A stretch of 64,000 nt of DNA from an uncultured Clostridia bacterium (GTDB lineage: Bacteria; Bacillota; Clostridia; Christensenellales; DTU072), in contig CAMOOO010000006.1 of NCBI GenBank assembly GCA_946621465.1, forward strand, positions 21,998 to 85,997, given 5' to 3'. The notes under the pieces are model-generated. The model was not told the origin of the DNA and made no database searches. It worked only from the letters and a program-made list of their open reading frames with translations. This document shows positions 27,798 to 35,923 of this stretch, piece by piece; the first letter of the stretch is position 1, and each line of letters opens with the position of its first letter. The position numbers and the translations under genes were made by a program.

Positions 27798-28670
27798 ATG
27801 AGTACAATCGGTCTTATTGTTGACGTCGCGGTAGTGGTTATTCTGCTGCTTTTGGTTATATTCGGAACTTGGAGAGGACTGTATAAACTGATCTTCGGCT
27901 TGGTTTCCGGTCTTCTTTCCATCGTCCTTGCCATCGTTCTGGTCGGCACGGTGACCTCCTTTGTGGTAGATAAAACGGAGCTGGAAACGACGCTCGGGTC
28001 CGCCATTAACGAAACCGTCCTCGGAGCAATCCCCGCCGATCTGAAAGCGGAGAGCGTCCACGTGCAATTCACCGAAGAGGGTATAACCGTCACCAACGAC
28101 GAGACCGGCGACACCTATACGTCAATCAGCGAATACGTCACCGCCTCGGGCAACACCTCTCTTAGCGCGGTCTCCTCTTTACTCGACTCCCTTATGACGG
28201 GAGAAACGATAGTAAACGCCTACTCCACCACCGATGACGACGGTAACGTGACCACCTCCTCGCCTACCCTCGCCGATCTGTTCTGCATGACGGCGACCAT
28301 TTACTTATTGCTCGTTATCGACTTCATCGTTCTTTGGATCGTCGCTTTTATCGTACTGCGTCTGCTGATGATGCTCTTAAAGAAAATCGTCACGCGCACC
28401 TACGTTGGGCATTTTATGAACAAAGCGCTCGGTTTTGCCATCGGCGCCATCATCGGCATGGTCTTTATTTGGGGTGTCCTTGCCGTTATCAAGTTACTTG
28501 GTACCTATACCTGGATCATCCCCGTCAACAACGTCATTAACAGCTCCACTTTGACAAAGTTCTTGTACGACAACAATATCCTTTATTCCTTCTTGGTCGA
28601 GACGATGAATTTGCAGGATACCATTTCCGGCATCGTCGGTTCCTTCTCCGGATTCGGTACGACCAACTAG
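27798..28670 (+). CDS. CvpA-family membrane protein with an enlarged extracytoplasmic loop
   Basis: N-terminus IDVAVVVILLLLVIFGTWRGLYKLIFGLVSGLLSIVLAIVLV is CvpA-like, and there are two further TM helices near the C-terminus. Start placed at ATG 27798 after GGAGG. Confidence 0.65.
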   Translation: MSTIGLIVDVAVVVILLLLVIFGTWRGLYKLIFGLVSGLLSIVLAIVLVGTVTSFVVDKTELETTLGSAINETVLGAIPADLKAESVHVQFTEEGITVTNDETGDTYTSISEYVTASGNTSLSAVSSLLDSLMTGETIVNAYSTTDDDGNVTTSSPTLADLFCMTATIYLLLVIDFIVLWIVAFIVLRLLMMLLKKIVTRTYVGHFMNKALGFAIGAIIGMVFIWGVLAVIKLLGTYTWIIPVNNVINSSTLTKFLYDNNILYSFLVETMNLQDTISGIVGSFSGFGTTN

Positions 28671-28682
28671 CAGGGAGGTTCT

Positions 28683-31600
28683 ATGAAATTTTTAAGCGGG
28701 TGTATCGGTAAAGTTTTATTGGTCATTCTTTGTATTCTTTTGGGCGTCGTTCTGACCCTCGGCGGCATCGTAGGCGCAGGCTACTTTATTTTGGTATCCG
28801 ACGGCATGATGGGCGTTGTTGAAGAAAAAGCCAATGAAAGCGGCGCCGTTACTTTGGAGTTCTCCGACGAAGTAAAAGACATGAGCATCCTCAACTGGGC
28901 GACCGGTATCGGTGAGATCGCCGGTAGCCTTTCCGAGGAGAACGGACCTACCATCGGGGATCTGGAAAAATACATAGGTATGGACATCATCAGTTCCACT
29001 CTTGCCGATTTCCTGAAAATGGACCAGAGCGTCATTCAGGGCGCATCCTTAGTCGGTGACGAAACGGGTATCGCCGCCGTCATCACCCAGGAAATGACCA
29101 TGAAAAACGTCGTGGAAATGGTGGGGGATGAAAACTTCCTGCCCGATATGCCCCTCTTTGCCGATGATAGCGAATTTATGCAAAAGCCCTTAAAGGAGGC
29201 TTTTTCCGGCTTGACAGAATACCCGATAGGGAGTTTTATTACCGTTGATGAAAGCTCGGCGAAGATTATGAGGACGCTCGCTACCATTCCGATAACGGAG
29301 ATCGCCGACACCATTCCGACCATGCCGCTCAGTGACTTTATCGACATCACCGACGATACTCACCCGGTCATGAAAGCTATTTCCGACCTCAGTATCAACG
29401 ACTTGGGGACTTCGGCGCTGACCGATAAGATCAACACGATGAAGCTCTCCGATATCCTCTCCGACATGAACGAGGACGACACGAACAAGGTCCTCTATTC
29501 ATTGCGCGACCTGACGGTAGGCGACCTGTCCGGCTCGGCGGCGAACACCTTGATTAACTCCATGTTTTTAGGGGAAATCATGGATATTGATTCTTCTTCC
29601 AATAAAGCGTTACAATCGCTCAAGTATTCCTGTATCACGGCGCAGTACGTCACGTTGACATCTCCCAGGTACAGTTCGGACCTTACTTACGCCTATACCG
29701 CCGGTCCCAGCTACAAATACCTGTCCTCGAACCCGGACGGGAGCTACTACGTAGCATACTATCCCGAGACCCACGAATATACGGTAAAAAAGAGCGATGA
29801 AAATCTCCCCGTCACTGCGCACGGCAATTACGCTATCACCTACGAGATCTACTACCCGACGGAAAGCCTGGTCGACAGCACCGCCGTGGTAAACGGTATC
29901 ACCTTTACCGTGGTAACCGAGGATGACGCTCCCGTCGTAGACGGCGATAAAACCCTTCTTGCCGCCACCCTCTACGTCAATCCGGACGACGGCGAAGTAT
30001 CGACGGACGAAAGCACCGTTAAGATAAAAAACCGCTATCACGCTTTGTACGACGAGGACGGACTGTTCCTTTTTGTCAACGGTTTTGACGACGAGGAATA
30101 CAAAGGAGTTATGCTCCTGTCCCCCGAATGCGTCGACACAGGGACGGTAGACACCACCAAAAAGTCTCTCCAATCCTACAACGAATACAAAATCAATTCC
30201 GACGGGGATAAATACTTCGATTTCAAAGCCATCCGCGAAGAAAACGAAGATCCCATTGCCGCAGGCGAAAAAAATAAATCCGTCACCATCGGCGATACCG
30301 ACTACCCGGTCTATAAGTTCTATCCCTTACAGGGCATCAACGAAACGATGAACGATATCACCCTTGGCGGCGTTATGGAGATCGACGAAAGCTCTCCGCG
30401 CATCATGAAGAGCTTAAAAGACACCAAGATTACGGAAATGGGAAGCGTCATCGACACCATGCCCCTGGGCGACATGATCGACCCGGGCGACTCCCGTATT
30501 CTCCACAGCCTCTCCAAGACCCCCCTCAACCAAATGAGCACCGCCATAAACAGCCTCTTTATCGACGAACTGATGGACATTAACGACAACAGTTCTCGCA
30601 TGTTGAAGGCACTGCGGTACGCTTCTTTGGAGAGCAAAACGACGGACCTTGTCGCAAGCTCCCTCATTCAATCCGGAACGCCGGAATTCCTCGCCGCCCT
30701 CAATTCATCCGATTACGCCGCGAGAGAGGTAGCTTATTACAGCGCATATAAAATGCCGGACGAGACCGTTCTTAACCGCTACTACTATAGCTACGAAGAG
30801 GACCCGACGACCCACGACGTCACTTTGACCGGCGTTTACGTCCTCTATCTGACCGACACCGACACGACAAAGGAGACGCTGAACAGTACCACCAACCTCA
30901 CCGAAACCACCTTCTTCGTCGTTAAACCCTATAACGACAGAGTGTTCGTCAATCTTTCCACGCTGGTACAAAAAGATTCTATCGACCTCACCGACACCGA
31001 CAACGCCGAGATCGTTGCCGCCGAAGCGCCGGAAAACACCTATTACTACGCCGTGGACGGCGGCGGTAAGATCACCGATACCTACTATATCGCCACCGGA
31101 ACGACGCCCACCGTGGAAAACGGTCTGACGCTACTGACGCACGTTCTCCCCATGTCCCGTCCTCAGGTAGGCATGAACGACAAAACCAACGAACTGGTCC
31201 TCGCCGACGTAATGGAGATTACTTCCGGTTCTTCCAAAATACTCCGCAACCTCGCCCAAACCAAAGTGACCAAAATGGGTAGCAGGATCGACACCATGAC
31301 GCTGGGAGAAATGGTCGACACCGGCTCGTCCAAACTGCTGACCGCCCTCTCCACTACCACCCTTAACGACCTGGGAAGCAAAGTCAACACCCTGTTTATC
31401 GACGAATTTATTACCATTGACAGCAGCAGTTCTCAGATGATACGGTCCTTGCAGTACGCTACGCTGGAGAGTCAGCTTCAATACATCGACACCACCTCTC
31501 CCGACTACTATTACTCCGACGACTTAGCCCTCGCATCTACCACCAACTACGGTTATTATCAGAGTCTGGAAGTCGCTGACTATGCCGCCTACGTTAAGTC

Positions 31601-33032
31601 GGACAGCACCGTCAAAAACAGATACTACTATCACGTCACCGATAACGCCATAGACGCCGCCTATATCCTCTATTACACCGAAAACGATACGGAAAAAACA
31701 AGCGACGGTCAAACGGCGTTTTACAAAACGACCCTTTACGAACAAAAGGTCTATTCCTTTATCGACATCACCACTTTGATCGATGCAGACGACGTCGATA
31801 GTGCGGTTGGCGACAACGCCGCCATTCTTGCCGCAGAAGACAGTGAGAAAGATTATCTCCACGTCGTAGACGGTTCCGATCAGATCACCCATCTGTACGA
31901 ATACGCCGGCGGTCCTGAACGCCTCGTGGAAATTGACTTTTCCGACCCGAACAACCTGACGGAGACGGAAACCTATTACGCCGTCAAAGAGGGCAGCGAC
32001 TACGTGACCGAAACGGGACACCCGGAAAACATCAAGGTATACAGAGTAACCGAACGCTATAATCGCCCCCTGATTGGCCTTTCCGATAAGACCAACGAAC
32101 TGACCTTAGGCGACGTTTTCAGCGAGGAAAACCTCAACAGCGGCGTCCTGAGCCTGATCGACTCCAAGACCAAACTGAATAAAATTTCCACTGCAGTAGC
32201 TACCGCCGTTCAGAATTCCTCCGTCGCCGTTCTGGTAGATACCGGGGTCATTTCCGGCAGCACCTTCGCCACCACCAACTTTACCGGCATGGCTAAAGAA
32301 AGAAAGGCGTTTATCTACAACAGCACCATGACGGATATGTTAAACGGAATGATCAACTTTATCGCCCATCCAATAACGGGAACGCAAATCAATTACGCTC
32401 CGGTCAGCCCTGTTCAAAAGAAAATCACCAAAACGTCCTTTGCTTCTTTGACGGAATTTGTAACGGCATACGAGCAGTATGACGAATTGGAATTCACCGG
32501 CGGCAACGTCACCGTTCACATTGATCCCACCGTTGACGACGCAAAATGGGGCGTTTATGTAAACGACGTCCTCACCCATTACGCCATTCCTATTTTCAAT
32601 CTCATCGGCTCAAGCAGCATCACTTTCGATACGCCAAACAGCGAGCCGGTTTATATCGCCGTCTATTCCATAGGAAACACTCTGACCCGTTCCATTACGC
32701 AAACGACATTCTACTCTTTGACGGAATTCACCTCTATCTACGCAGGACAATATAACCAACTGGAATTTTCCGGCGCGGTCACCGTTTCTATCGATCCCAC
32801 TGACGACGCGGCTTTCCTTGTCGATACCAATACCTACGCCATACCGACGTTCTACACCAAAGGCGCTAACCTTGTCACCTTCTCCGGCGCAAACGTCGTT
32901 TTTACCGACTCCTCTGCCGGTACCGAAAGGACCTACGACTATGGCGCACATCAAGCGGCATACTATTATGACGCCACACATTCTTTAACCGCGGAATCTG
33001 CCAACATAAAGATCGTCGACATCACCAACTGA
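28683..33032 (+). CDS. 1449-aa N-terminally anchored modular protein of unknown function
   Basis: 13 nt after cvpA with a GGGAGG RBS and one N-terminal TM. There are three copies of a roughly 100-aa helical module (about 29236-29643, 30345-30665 and 31190-31490), each followed by a Tyr-rich region. Two ~85-aa tandem repeats lie at the C-terminus. Confidence 0.8.
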   Translation: MKFLSGCIGKVLLVILCILLGVVLTLGGIVGAGYFILVSDGMMGVVEEKANESGAVTLEFSDEVKDMSILNWATGIGEIAGSLSEENGPTIGDLEKYIGMDIISSTLADFLKMDQSVIQGASLVGDETGIAAVITQEMTMKNVVEMVGDENFLPDMPLFADDSEFMQKPLKEAFSGLTEYPIGSFITVDESSAKIMRTLATIPITEIADTIPTMPLSDFIDITDDTHPVMKAISDLSINDLGTSALTDKINTMKLSDILSDMNEDDTNKVLYSLRDLTVGDLSGSAANTLINSMFLGEIMDIDSSSNKALQSLKYSCITAQYVTLTSPRYSSDLTYAYTAGPSYKYLSSNPDGSYYVAYYPETHEYTVKKSDENLPVTAHGNYAITYEIYYPTESLVDSTAVVNGITFTVVTEDDAPVVDGDKTLLAATLYVNPDDGEVSTDESTVKIKNRYHALYDEDGLFLFVNGFDDEEYKGVMLLSPECVDTGTVDTTKKSLQSYNEYKINSDGDKYFDFKAIREENEDPIAAGEKNKSVTIGDTDYPVYKFYPLQGINETMNDITLGGVMEIDESSPRIMKSLKDTKITEMGSVIDTMPLGDMIDPGDSRILHSLSKTPLNQMSTAINSLFIDELMDINDNSSRMLKALRYASLESKTTDLVASSLIQSGTPEFLAALNSSDYAAREVAYYSAYKMPDETVLNRYYYSYEEDPTTHDVTLTGVYVLYLTDTDTTKETLNSTTNLTETTFFVVKPYNDRVFVNLSTLVQKDSIDLTDTDNAEIVAAEAPENTYYYAVDGGGKITDTYYIATGTTPTVENGLTLLTHVLPMSRPQVGMNDKTNELVLADVMEITSGSSKILRNLAQTKVTKMGSRIDTMTLGEMVDTGSSKLLTALSTTTLNDLGSKVNTLFIDEFITIDSSSSQMIRSLQYATLESQLQYIDTTSPDYYYSDDLALASTTNYGYYQSLEVADYAAYVKSDSTVKNRYYYHVTDNAIDAAYILYYTENDTEKTSDGQTAFYKTTLYEQKVYSFIDITTLIDADDVDSAVGDNAAILAAEDSEKDYLHVVDGSDQITHLYEYAGGPERLVEIDFSDPNNLTETETYYAVKEGSDYVTETGHPENIKVYRVTERYNRPLIGLSDKTNELTLGDVFSEENLNSGVLSLIDSKTKLNKISTAVATAVQNSSVAVLVDTGVISGSTFATTNFTGMAKERKAFIYNSTMTDMLNGMINFIAHPITGTQINYAPVSPVQKKITKTSFASLTEFVTAYEQYDELEFTGGNVTVHIDPTVDDAKWGVYVNDVLTHYAIPIFNLIGSSSITFDTPNSEPVYIAVYSIGNTLTRSITQTTFYSLTEFTSIYAGQYNQLEFSGAVTVSIDPTDDAAFLVDTNTYAIPTFYTKGANLVTFSGANVVFTDSSAGTERTYDYGAHQAAYYYDATHSLTAESANIKIVDITN

Positions 33033-33059
33033 TCGAACGCCATAAACAACAAAGACAAA

Positions 33060-33092
33060 GGGCTGTGAAAATTCCTTCACAGCCCTTTTTAT
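33060..33092 (+). terminator. Rho-independent terminator (can serve both convergent genes)
   Basis: GGGCTGTGAA-AATTCC-TTCACAGCCC followed by T5. An A-rich tract lies on the other side. Confidence 0.7.
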
Positions 33093-33112
33093 TCAACAAT
33101 AGTATTTACCGA

Positions 33113-33601
33113 TTACAGATCTTCGTCGGAATCCTCTTTGTCGTCTTCATCGTCATCGTCGATCACGTCGATGATATCGTCGTCCAGTTCGTCGAGGTCG
33201 TCTTTGGCTTCTTCGGTATACTCGTCTTCCTCTTCCTCCTCCTCTTCCTCTTCAGCCTGGAGTTCTTCTAACGACAGTTCGTCTATCTCTTCGTCTCCGG
33301 CCAGATCGTCGGTATCGTCGAGGGGTTCTTCTTCTACCACGCTGTCTTCCCAATCGGGCTCGATATCGTCCATGACGGAGCCTTTCTCTTCCTCTTGGGC
33401 GCAGGACTCGCAAATAGTCTCCCCTTCGTTGAGGTAGTTGACGTGGCAACGGGGGCAGAGGATGCCGTCCTCATCTATTTCATCCAGATCCTCGGTATTG
33501 TGAGAAATACCGCGTAATTCTTCTTGACAGATTTTACAAAATTCTTCTCCTTCCAGAATATAATTCAAATCGCACCGAGGGCATTTTTTATACTTCGGCA
33601 T
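33113..33601 (-). CDS. Double zinc-ribbon protein with an extremely acidic tail
   Basis: CPRC..17 aa..CKIC and CPRC..17 aa..CESC, followed by about 90 aa that are almost entirely D/E. GGGAGG RBS. Confidence 0.65.
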   Translation of the reverse strand: MPKYKKCPRCDLNYILEGEEFCKICQEELRGISHNTEDLDEIDEDGILCPRCHVNYLNEGETICESCAQEEEKGSVMDDIEPDWEDSVVEEEPLDDTDDLAGDEEIDELSLEELQAEEEEEEEEEDEYTEEAKDDLDELDDDIIDVIDDDDEDDKEDSDEDL

Positions 33602-33638
33602 GGTTACCTCCCTTTAAGGTTCGTGTTTTTGTGGATAT

Positions 33639-33667
33639 ATTATATTGACTAAGCCTACTTTTGTAAA
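33639..33667 (-). promoter_or_regulatory. Near-consensus sigma-A promoter for the zinc-ribbon gene
   Basis: On the minus strand TTTACA (33667-33662), 17-nt spacer, TATAAT (33644-33639). Confidence 0.5.
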
Positions 33668-33877
33668 CCCTTTTTTATAAAAATTTTTAAAAAAATTTCA
33701 TTTTATTGCTTTTGCGTTTAAGTTTTGCTTTTGTTGTTGACTCAACCGACCTAAAAGCTCCTCGTCTACCCCTCCTTATAATATTGTATAAGATATGGAT
33801 AACCCGGCATAAGTTTCGTTTTTCTCATAAAAAAAGGAGAGCTTTTTTCGCTCCCCTTTATCTAAAAGCAATATGTT

Positions 33878-35839
33878 TTACTCCTTGGTTATTTTTACCT
33901 TCTTGGGGTCGTAAGAGGTATCGAGTTTGACCTCTTCGCCCTTCTCTGCCGAGCGGTACAAAGAGTCGAGGATGTTGGCGGTGTTAAGCAAATTATCGAT
34001 GTAAGCGCGAGTGGGTACCTTCGTGATAACCGAACTGCGGAATGCCAGATGTTCGGCGTAGTCCATGCTGCTTACTTTGAACCTCGGCTTTCTGGTGCGG
34101 AAAATTCTGTTTTCTTCGGTAAAGAGTTCATAGCCGCCGCAGTACTTTAAACGGATACCGCCCTTATCTCCGAGGAAGTCGATGAACCATTCGTCGTGGT
34201 CGATGTTCTGCGCCCACGCTCCGGTGAAGTTGATACTGTATTTATCCATACGGACCAGTCCGGTCACGTACTCTTCAACGTCGCAGACAGGTACGTCGCC
34301 GGCCTTTCTCTTGGACGCCGTCCATACCTCTTTACGCGCGTGATAATTTTCGTAATCCTTAGCAATCTCCAAGTATGTGCAAGCGGATGCCGTCAACGGT
34401 TTGGCGTCCCCTAAAATATAGAGGATCTGGTCGAGGTTATGTACGCCGATATCGTTGAGTACGCCGCCGCCGGAATGGCTCTTATTGGTGAATTCGCCGC
34501 CGATACCGGGTACGCGACGGAAGGAGCGGAAGCTGTTAAAGACGGCGTAGACCTTTCCTATCCTACCGGAGTCAATCTCTCTTTTTACCGCTTCTACGCC
34601 GGAATTGAAACGGCATACGACGCCGACGTTGCTGATTAGTCCCGTCTTATGCGCCGCCTTTGACACGGCCACTGCTTCTTCGTAGTTCATGCCCACCGGT
34701 TTTTCGGATAGGCAGCACTTGCCGGCGAGGAGCGCCTCTTTGGCAATGACGCAGTGCAAGTGGGTATGCGTGCAGACGATGACGGCGGTGACTTCGGGAT
34801 CGGCAAGGACCTCGTGGTAGTCTTCTACCGCTTTGGTATATCCGCTGATACCGCACCGACGCGCCGCTTTTTCCGCACGCTCGAGGACGATATCGCAGGT
34901 GTATTTGACTTTTACGTTCTTCAATTTTTTAATGGACGGGATATGCAGTCCGTTGCAGATACTGCCGCAACCAATGAGGCCGTACACAAGCGTGGGGGTG
35001 TATTGCAAAAGGAAATCAGCCGCTTTTTCGATGTCTTTTACCGGGCGGAGACCACACTCTCTTTCGATCGTCAGATACCCGTCGTACCCGACGTCTTTTA
35101 AGGCCTGCAGATATTCTTTCCACGGCACCTGACCTTTGCCCAAAGCTACTTCTCTGTAGATAGGACGATGAACTTTTTTCTTAAAGGTCGGGTCGGGCGT
35201 GCCGTACGCCTCTCTGCCGTCCGTTATTTTATAGAGGTTTTTTCCGTCCTTTGCGTGGGTGTGGACGATGTATTTGCCCAGCATATGCACCGCTTCGACA
35301 GGGTCCTGACTGATGACCATGCGGAAGTTCGCCGGGTCGAGGTTGACACCGATACCCGCCGGAATGCCGTCGAGGAATTTTTTCAGCGTAGCCGCTTTTT
35401 CCGGTCCCGTCTCGATAGCAAAGGTGACGCCGAATTTAGCTGCGTATTCGCCGATCTCGGTCAGTGCCGACTGCATGATCTTGAACATCGGGTCGTTCTC
35501 ATCATCCGGTATAACGCCGATATGGGTGGTAATGACTTTGACGCCCATTTTATGAGCGAGGTCCACCATGCGTATGCTTTTCGGGATCATCTTTTCTTTG
35601 TTCTGCTTTTCGTCCATGTAATGGGGATAGCCCATGTCACCGCAAAAAGCGGAAATCTCCATGCCGAACGCCGCCAGGTCGTTTTTCAGTTTGGCGATCT
35701 TTTCATCCGTCATGTTGTCGACGCCGAATTCTCCGCCGGAAATGCTGATTTGCAGTCCCGTGATGCCCAGTTTGGCTGCCGTGCGTACCGTTTCGTCAAA
35801 AGGCAACTTAAAGCTAGCCGCCATTGCTCCGATTTTCAT
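33878..35839 (-). CDS. Fusion protein: xylose-isomerase-like TIM-barrel (sugar phosphate isomerase/epimerase) plus Gfo/Idh/MocA oxidoreductase
   Basis: The N-terminal ~285 aa have the AP_endonuc_2-type pattern (ITTHIG.., AIETG, NLDPANF, HAKD, LTIE). The C-terminal part begins with the Rossmann motif GLIGCGSICNG and has the EKP motif (CLSEKP) of Gfo/Idh/MocA. Confidence 0.8.
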   Translation of the reverse strand: MKIGAMAASFKLPFDETVRTAAKLGITGLQISISGGEFGVDNMTDEKIAKLKNDLAAFGMEISAFCGDMGYPHYMDEKQNKEKMIPKSIRMVDLAHKMGVKVITTHIGVIPDDENDPMFKIMQSALTEIGEYAAKFGVTFAIETGPEKAATLKKFLDGIPAGIGVNLDPANFRMVISQDPVEAVHMLGKYIVHTHAKDGKNLYKITDGREAYGTPDPTFKKKVHRPIYREVALGKGQVPWKEYLQALKDVGYDGYLTIERECGLRPVKDIEKAADFLLQYTPTLVYGLIGCGSICNGLHIPSIKKLKNVKVKYTCDIVLERAEKAARRCGISGYTKAVEDYHEVLADPEVTAVIVCTHTHLHCVIAKEALLAGKCCLSEKPVGMNYEEAVAVSKAAHKTGLISNVGVVCRFNSGVEAVKREIDSGRIGKVYAVFNSFRSFRRVPGIGGEFTNKSHSGGGVLNDIGVHNLDQILYILGDAKPLTASACTYLEIAKDYENYHARKEVWTASKRKAGDVPVCDVEEYVTGLVRMDKYSINFTGAWAQNIDHDEWFIDFLGDKGGIRLKYCGGYELFTEENRIFRTRKPRFKVSSMDYAEHLAFRSSVITKVPTRAYIDNLLNTANILDSLYRSAEKGEEVKLDTSYDPKKVKITKE

Positions 35840-35923
35840 ATGATTTACCTCTCCTAAAGTAGTATTTCTTTATCAATTATACCTTTTTCCGATATAAAAA
35901 TCAATAGTATTACAAAAAATGAA

